Shown here in pieces: positions 63,957 to 64,000 of a stretch of DNA of 64,000 nucleotides. This DNA is from Eledone cirrhosa (lineage: Eukaryota). Numbering within the stretch: the stretch's first letter is position 1; each line of letters begins with the position of its first letter. The notes beneath the pieces are model-generated. The model was not told the origin of the DNA, did not search any database, and worked only from the letters and a program-made list of their open reading frames with translations. Both the position numbers and the translations under genes were made by a program. Where the stretch lies: assembly GCA_964016885.1 (NCBI GenBank), contig OZ024746.1, positions 26,288,001 to 26,352,000 of the forward strand, written 5' to 3'.

Positions 63957-64000
<44 letters not shown>

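Overview
This is AT-rich, microsatellite-dense eukaryotic DNA with no convincing host protein-coding exon, so it is probably intronic or intergenic. The SINE families and the abundance of (TA)n, (CAT)n and (ACC)n resemble coleoid cephalopod (Octopus-type) genomes; this assignment is inference. The window holds three tRNA-type SINE families plus an RTE-tail retroposon, mariner- and piggyBac-type MITEs, and decayed LINE fragments (RTE, CRE-like, CR1/L2-like, R4/Dong-like). It also holds a Tc1/mariner element with a Buster-type hAT nested in it, several minisatellites and a ~3.7 kb 41-bp satellite. The main signal not shown by the ORF track is a dense set of type I hammerhead-ribozyme (HHR) motifs from several distinct short repeat families. 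They sit in or beside (TA)n tracts as long palindromes, head-to-tail tandems or a terminally redundant 151-bp unit, alongside two Penelope-like element (PLE) ORF tails. All long ORFs outside the transposons are microsatellite artefacts. All folds and alignments were done by eye.
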